A DNA stretch of 64,000 nt from an uncultured Alphaproteobacteria bacterium (lineage in GTDB: Bacteria > Pseudomonadota > Alphaproteobacteria > Puniceispirillales > Puniceispirillaceae): positions 9,544 to 73,543 of the forward strand of contig CAJWVJ010000001.1 of NCBI GenBank assembly GCA_913048595.1. Reading direction: 5' to 3'. The position numbers were made by a program, and so were the translations under genes. Shown here piece after piece: positions 58,620-64,000 of the stretch (position 1 is its first letter; each line of letters starts with the position of its first letter). The notes beneath the pieces are model-generated. The model was given only the letters and a program-made list of their open reading frames with translations, was not told the DNA's origin and ran no database searches.

Positions 58620-59702
58620 ATGAAAATGGCAAAGAACAGATATGATATCGCGGTGATTCCGGGCGACGGCATCGGCAAGGAAGTGGTGCCCGAAGGCATG
58701 CGCGCGCTGGAAGCCGCCGCCGGGCGCTTTGACATCCCGCTCCATTTCGATCATTTCGATTTTGCCAGCTACGACTATTACGCCAAGCATGGCGACATGA
58801 TGCCGGAAGACTGGAAAGCCCGGATCGGCGGCCATGACGCGCTGTTCTTCGGCGCTGTCGGCTGGCCGGAAAAAATTCCGGACCATGTCTCGCTCTGGGG
58901 CTCGTTGCTGAAATTCCGGCGGGAATTCGACCAATATGTCAATCTGCGGCCGGTCCGGCTTCTTCCCGGGGTGCCGTCACCACTTGCCAACCGCGTGCCT
59001 GGGGATATCGATTTCTATATCGTCCGCGAGAATACCGAGGGCGAATATTCCTCGATCGGCGGGCGCATGTTCCAGGGGACCGAGCGCGAAATTGTCATTC
59101 AGGAAACGGTGATGAGCCGCACCGGCGTTGACCGGGTGCTGAAATTCGCCTTCGAACTGGCGCAGAGCCGGCCGAAAAAGCACCTCACCTCGGCCACCAA
59201 ATCGAACGGCATCTCGATCACCATGCCCTATTGGGACGAACGCGTTGCCGAAATGGCCAAATCCTATGAGGATGTCGCGGTCGACCAGTATCATATCGAT
59301 ATCCTGACTGCGCATTTCGTGCTGAATCCCGACTGGTTCGACGTTGTCGTAGCCTCGAACCTGTTTGGCGACATTCTGTCGGACCTCGGCCCGGCCTGCA
59401 CCGGCACGATCGGCGTCGCCCCGTCAGCCAACATCAACCCGAACGGCGATTTCCCGTCACTGTTCGAGCCCGTTCACGGATCGGCACCCGACATCGCCGG
59501 CAAGGGCATCGCCAACCCGGTCGGCCAGATCTGGACAGCGGCGATGATGCTGGAACATCTGGGATTTGCCGAGGCGGCGAGATGCATCACCGACGCCATC
59601 GACACCGCACTTGCGCAGCCCGCTCTTCGCACCGCCGACCTTGGCGGCAGCGCCACCACCGAAAGCTGCGGCAAAGCCATTGCCGAAATCATCAGCGGCT
59701 GA
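58620..59702 (+). CDS. Tartrate/D-malate dehydrogenase (decarboxylating)
   Basis: IPGDGIG, FGAVG, RREFDQYVNLRP, RENTEGEY, TKSNG, NLFGDILSD, EPVHGSAPDI. Confidence 0.92.
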   Translation: MKMAKNRYDIAVIPGDGIGKEVVPEGMRALEAAAGRFDIPLHFDHFDFASYDYYAKHGDMMPEDWKARIGGHDALFFGAVGWPEKIPDHVSLWGSLLKFRREFDQYVNLRPVRLLPGVPSPLANRVPGDIDFYIVRENTEGEYSSIGGRMFQGTEREIVIQETVMSRTGVDRVLKFAFELAQSRPKKHLTSATKSNGISITMPYWDERVAEMAKSYEDVAVDQYHIDILTAHFVLNPDWFDVVVASNLFGDILSDLGPACTGTIGVAPSANINPNGDFPSLFEPVHGSAPDIAGKGIANPVGQIWTAAMMLEHLGFAEAARCITDAIDTALAQPALRTADLGGSATTESCGKAIAEIISG

Positions 59703-59703
59703 C

Positions 59704-60489
59704 ATGACACCCGATACGGCCTTCGACCTTGATGAACGGCTTGCGGCAGGCACATTCCTTGTCGCCCGGCATGAGGCTATTCAGGTGCGGCTTGCCAATG
59801 ATGCCCGCTTTTTCTGGCTGATGCTGGTGCCGGAGATTCCCGGGGCCAGCGAGCTGCATGATCTTGGCGAGGTGACACAACAGGCGCTGATGCGGCTTGC
59901 CACCCGGCTTGGCGCCTGGCTGAAGGCGGAAACCGGGGCTGACAAGGTCAATTCCGCCGCCATCGGCAATATGGTGCCCCAGCTTCATGTCCATATCGTG
60001 GCGCGGCAAGCGGGTGATGCCGCCTGGCCCGATCCGATCTGGGGGCATGGCGCACCGGTGCCGATGGATGAAGACCTGCGCCGCGCCCGCATCGACGCCA
60101 TCGCCGGCTTTGTTGCGGGCCTGCCGCCGTCTGGCGACCCGATCTACAAGATCTGCGATGCCGCCCTGTGGGATGAAGCTGTGAAGTCGGGACATTTCAC
60201 CGGTGCCGAAATCGACATTCAGGATGGCTATATCCATTTTTCCACCGCGACGCAGGCGCAGGAGACTGCGCGGCGTCATTTCAGGGCGCGCAAGGGGCTT
60301 GTGTTTGTGGCCATTGATCCGGCCGGTCTTGAGATCATCTGGGAGACGTCGCGCGGCGGCGACCTGTTCCCGCATCTCTATGATGCGCTGCCGGTCAGCT
60401 CGGCCCTGTCTGTAACCGCCATGCACCCCGACAGCGACGGAACGCCGATCCCCGAAGGCGGCTTTCCGGCACCGCGAACACCCCGCTAG
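59704..60489 (+). CDS. Fusion of a HIT-like domain and a DUF952 domain
   Basis: N-terminal FDLDERL...NDARFFWLMLVP...IGNMVPQLHVHIVAR..D.AWP.PIWG. C-terminal IYKI...DGYIHFST..Q...SRGGDLFPHLY. Confidence 0.82.
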   Translation: MTPDTAFDLDERLAAGTFLVARHEAIQVRLANDARFFWLMLVPEIPGASELHDLGEVTQQALMRLATRLGAWLKAETGADKVNSAAIGNMVPQLHVHIVARQAGDAAWPDPIWGHGAPVPMDEDLRRARIDAIAGFVAGLPPSGDPIYKICDAALWDEAVKSGHFTGAEIDIQDGYIHFSTATQAQETARRHFRARKGLVFVAIDPAGLEIIWETSRGGDLFPHLYDALPVSSALSVTAMHPDSDGTPIPEGGFPAPRTPR

Positions 60490-60609
60490 CTTGTCTGGCA
60501 GAATTCGCGGAAACAGATAACCTTGAAACAGAACACAAAATGCATCTCACGCGGCGTGAAGATAGCGCCGCGCAACAATTTCGGGCAACCGAAACAGGCA
60601 GGAAAACGG

Positions 60610-62106
60610 TCAGACATGCGTCTGCCTTCGCACAGCATCCATAAGGCCCGCGACACTGCCCCCGGACCCGGCAGAAACTGCGCCAAAGCAGTAGAAGTCC
60701 GGACGGATGACTGCCGCCTCGATCCCCAGCGATGAAAGCATTTCCGCTATGGCAGGATGATCATCCGGATCAATGGCAATAGCCACTTCTTGAGGCGGCA
60801 AGGAGACGCCGGACAAAACGGCTGATTTTCCGACCACCGCAAGCCGCCCCGCCATCGCATCTCCAAGCAACCGGTCATCGGCAAGCCGGGGCTGCGGCAT
60901 ACGGATGCCGCGCATGCCGTCGCCGTCAGGGCCTATGGCATGGTCAAGGTCGCGGCTGATAGAATTCATCTGCGCGGCACCATCGGGCCGGATGGCATGG
61001 GTCAGCGCTTCGGCTGTCTCGGCGCTGTTCATCATCTCGCCGACACGGACCGCCGTTTCGATATACGTCCGTGTGTGGGCGCGCCGTTCGCGCTCATAGC
61101 TGTCGAACAGTGACTCGGGCGCCTGCCAGCGCAAAACGGCGGCAAGTTTCCAGCCCAGATTGGCGACATCCCTGATGCCTGTGCACATGCCCTGCCCGAG
61201 GAATGGCGGCATCAGATGCGCGGCATCGCCAGCGATCATCAGCCGGCCGTCCCGCCAGCGGGTGGCCAGCTTGGATTCGAAACTGTAAACCGCCTTGCGC
61301 GCGATCTCGCCATCCTCCGGTGTGATGGCTGGACGAAGGCGGGGCCAGATGAAGTCATCGCCTGTCACCTCTTCCAACTTTTCCTCCGGCCTCAGGCTGA
61401 TTTCCCAGCGGCGCCATTCACGCGGGCAGCGTACATAGGTGGTTGGCCGCTCACGATCGCAGGTCTGGATGGTGAAGTCGCCAAGGTCGGGCCGCGGCTT
61501 TTTCAGCTTCACGTCGATGACAAGCCAGCGCTCCTGAAACCCCAGATCCTCCCAGTCACTGTCCATGGCCGCACGGACAACCGATTTCGCCCCGTCCGTG
61601 CCAATGGCATAGCGTGCCGTCACACTCTGTTCCGAACCGCCATGCAGATAGGAAATTTCGACAAGCGTCCCGGTGTCATGGACCGCCGTCACATGCGCCG
61701 ACCGGCGCAGCGTAACCGTCTTGCAATCGCCGATCCCGCGGTTCAGTTCGGCCTCAAGGTCTGGCTGGTGAAAGCGATAGCTGGGATACCAGCCAAGCGG
61801 GCCGATTTCCTGCGGACGCGGCCAGTCCAGAAGCAAATTCTGGTCACAATCGACAAATTTTGTGCCGACATTCACCCGCGCATCGCGGCCGATGCCCTCC
61901 GACAGGCCGATGGACTGGAAAACCCGCATCGCCTCGTCATCGAAATGCACCGCGCGCGGCAGCGGGTAGACCGCTTCCTCGCGTTCGAGAACCAGCACAT
62001 CTATGCCATATCCCCCAAGGATATTGGCAAGCGTGGCGCCTGTAGGCCCAAGGCCCACAATCACCACCTCGTGATCCGGCTCCTTCAAAGTCTCCGTTCT
62101 TGTCAT
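60610..62106 (-). CDS. FAD-dependent aromatic hydroxylase (MhpA-like)
   Basis: VGLGPTG, PRAVHFDDE, FHQPDLE, GTDGAKS, GDAAHLMPPFLGQGMCTGIRD..NLGWKL, IRPD. Confidence 0.9.
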   Translation of the reverse strand: MTRTETLKEPDHEVVIVGLGPTGATLANILGGYGIDVLVLEREEAVYPLPRAVHFDDEAMRVFQSIGLSEGIGRDARVNVGTKFVDCDQNLLLDWPRPQEIGPLGWYPSYRFHQPDLEAELNRGIGDCKTVTLRRSAHVTAVHDTGTLVEISYLHGGSEQSVTARYAIGTDGAKSVVRAAMDSDWEDLGFQERWLVIDVKLKKPRPDLGDFTIQTCDRERPTTYVRCPREWRRWEISLRPEEKLEEVTGDDFIWPRLRPAITPEDGEIARKAVYSFESKLATRWRDGRLMIAGDAAHLMPPFLGQGMCTGIRDVANLGWKLAAVLRWQAPESLFDSYERERRAHTRTYIETAVRVGEMMNSAETAEALTHAIRPDGAAQMNSISRDLDHAIGPDGDGMRGIRMPQPRLADDRLLGDAMAGRLAVVGKSAVLSGVSLPPQEVAIAIDPDDHPAIAEMLSSLGIEAAVIRPDFYCFGAVSAGSGGSVAGLMDAVRRQTHV

Positions 62107-62112
62107 CCTAAA

Positions 62113-63081
62113 TCAACGGGGTAACTGATCATAAAGCCAGGGGCAATCAATCAGCATAGGTGTCCGCTTGCCCTCGGCGGCGGCCTGAAGGCGCAAATCG
62201 CGCATGACGCTGCGCCGGTCCTCGGGGAGGTGAACCCGCTCATGCCCCCAGAAGCTCGGCCCGACACTGGTTTCATGAGGCTGCCAGCTGTCAAGATCGA
62301 TGACGCGGCCGCCCCATCCGCTCTCGATGAAGAAGCTTGACGGCGTCCTGGCGTAGAAGGATGTCATATAGTCATTGGTATGCCGCCCCAGCGTGTAGGC
62401 AATGCAGTCGTCCTCGATCTGCGCAAGGTCGTAGCCCTGCCCGACATCATCCAGATTCTGGTATTCGACCATGAAGTGATGGAGGCCGCGCCGGCCTGTT
62501 CCGATCATGGCGAAGCTGTGATGGCGGCCATTCACGTGAAAGAAATACATCGGATAGGGCTGCAGCGCATAATCGCTGACATGAAAGCCGAGAACATCGC
62601 GATAGAGCGGCAGAAGCGGCTGGACATCAGCGACATGAAGCACCGCGTGCCCCATGCCATAGGGACCTGTCAGAAACCCCTCGATGGCGCGGCCCGGGGT
62701 GAACGGATCGGTGGCAAGCCGCGGGCTGGCGAACAGCTCGACACGGTTGCCGTCGGGGTCATCAAAATGGATCATGCGCTCGACAAAGCGCTGGTCGCAC
62801 AGGGCTCGGCCCGCCTCGGTCACGCCGATGCCGAACGCCTCGATCCGCGATGCCAGCGTGTCGAGATCGGCTGGCTCCGCCACCTGCCATCCCATGAAGG
62901 CGAATTCATCCCCGGCTTCGTCCAGAACAACAAGCCTCTGCCGCCAGTCATCCATGCGGAAGGCCATGGTTCCGCCGCCCGAATCAACCTTCTGCATGCC
63001 AAGCAGCCTGCCGGCATAATCCGACCAGTCTGCCAGCGCCGGTGACCTGACACCCATATATCCGAGCGCGATGATCGGCAT
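62113..63081 (-). CDS. Type I extradiol ring-cleavage dioxygenase (BphC-like, VOC)
   Basis: LGYMGV, GMGHAV, RHHS, LHHFMVE, LGRHTND, SFY..TPS.F.IE.GW. Confidence 0.92.
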   Translation of the reverse strand: MPIIALGYMGVRSPALADWSDYAGRLLGMQKVDSGGGTMAFRMDDWRQRLVVLDEAGDEFAFMGWQVAEPADLDTLASRIEAFGIGVTEAGRALCDQRFVERMIHFDDPDGNRVELFASPRLATDPFTPGRAIEGFLTGPYGMGHAVLHVADVQPLLPLYRDVLGFHVSDYALQPYPMYFFHVNGRHHSFAMIGTGRRGLHHFMVEYQNLDDVGQGYDLAQIEDDCIAYTLGRHTNDYMTSFYARTPSSFFIESGWGGRVIDLDSWQPHETSVGPSFWGHERVHLPEDRRSVMRDLRLQAAAEGKRTPMLIDCPWLYDQLPR

Positions 63082-63260
63082 GAACAGCTTCCTCCACGCG
63101 CAAGCCTAACGGTGCCGGCATGGCGCTGGCAAGCCATCTTGGGAAGGAAAGAGGTGATGTGTAACACTGTCGCGCCGGCCATGCCGCGGAGGTTTATCAA
63201 TTGACCGGGGACGTGCCTCTGTGGCTTTTTGGAACGGCATTTGGAAGAGTGACGGGACGG

Positions 63261-63809
63261 ATGAGCGACACGCCACAAAAACGGTTTCGGGAAACCCTGA
63301 CCATCTGGCCGCACAGGTCGCTGTCGCCGCGAGGCTTCCTGCTGGTCATGGCGACCCTCGGCTCACTCGCCTTTTGCATTGGTCTCGGCTTCTTCCTGCT
63401 TGGTGCCTGGCCTGTGATCGGGTTTCTGGGGCTGGAACTGCTGGTCGTCTGGGTGGCGTTCAAGATGAATTATCGCGCTGCCAGGCGGCGCCAGCACCTG
63501 ACCGCGACCGCCAGCAACCTGAAGATCGAAGATGTGTCGCCGGCCGGCAACCGCGAAACCACGGAATTGCCGACGGCGTGGGTCCAGGTCGAACTGACCC
63601 CTCGTGAAGAGCCGAAAATGCGCTCGCGCCTTCAGCAAAAGGTCATTGTGCGGTCCCATGGCAAGACGGCCGAAATCGGCAACTTCCTGCATCCTGCCGA
63701 AACACCGCGTCTGGCGCGCGAAGTCACCCGCATGGTCGAGCGTGCGCGCGCCGCGGCGCTTCGTGATGACGACCCGCCGCAGACCGAGCAGGCCGAGCGC
63801 GTTCGCTGA
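63261..63809 (+). CDS. DUF2244-family membrane protein
   Basis: PHRSLSPRGF, GAWPVIGFLGLE, EIGNFL. Confidence 0.85.
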   Translation: MSDTPQKRFRETLTIWPHRSLSPRGFLLVMATLGSLAFCIGLGFFLLGAWPVIGFLGLELLVVWVAFKMNYRAARRRQHLTATASNLKIEDVSPAGNRETTELPTAWVQVELTPREEPKMRSRLQQKVIVRSHGKTAEIGNFLHPAETPRLAREVTRMVERARAAALRDDDPPQTEQAERVR

Positions 63810-63952
63810 CAACGGCAGACGCGGCGGGCAGGCCATCACATGCAATCAAATAGGATGCAATCACCCGCATTTCGGGCCACATTGCCGGTATGGATATCCT
63901 GACGCCCTTCCAGATTGCGCTGACGCTTCTCGCCACTGGTGATGCCGAACTG

Positions 63953-64000
63953 ATGTCGACCATCACCCTGTCGCTGCTTGTCAGCCTGACGGCGGTGGTG
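63953..64000 (+). CDS. Possible 5' fragment of a membrane protein
   Basis: ATG followed by MSTITLSLLVSLTAVV, hydrophobic, running off the window. Confidence 0.35.
   Translation, partial: MSTITLSLLVSLTAVV

Overview
High-GC alphaproteobacterial chromosomal segment (family not determinable; gene content suggests a marine heterotroph). I found no rRNA, tRNA, CRISPR array, prophage or transposase. 1-14 kb: housekeeping block (parC, recO, era, rnc, lepB, acpS, pdxJ, DUF2062, spoT, rpoZ, folK, NYN protein, family-5 UDG, smpB, dapA). 14-45 kb: a large cobalamin biosynthesis region split into several units (cobU-T-S-C; cbiD-cobK; cobA-cobB; small His-motif protein-cbiX-cobH-L-I-cbiG/cobJ-cobM; cobD; riboswitch-hupE-cobW-N-O-Q), interleaved with an MttB methyltransferase, hpf and a fadJ-DMT-TauE-SprT-2OG oxygenase run. 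45-64 kb: asparaginase II, AgcS symporter, a kinase/M23/aminotransferase fusion, a furan-fatty-acid-like cluster, galM-AKR-tartrate dehydrogenase-HIT/DUF952 fusion, and an aromatic hydroxylase/extradiol dioxygenase pair. The best leads are (1) an unannotated multi-stem RNA with an RBS-sequestering switch in the cbiX operon leader, (2) a hybrid B12 pathway with no cobG/cobZ/cobF in the window but a Cys/His-rich CbiX, (3) sharp AT-rich patches inside GC-rich genes, and (4) the HIT-DUF952 fusion. All calls come from motif recognition by eye; no searches or folding programs were run.
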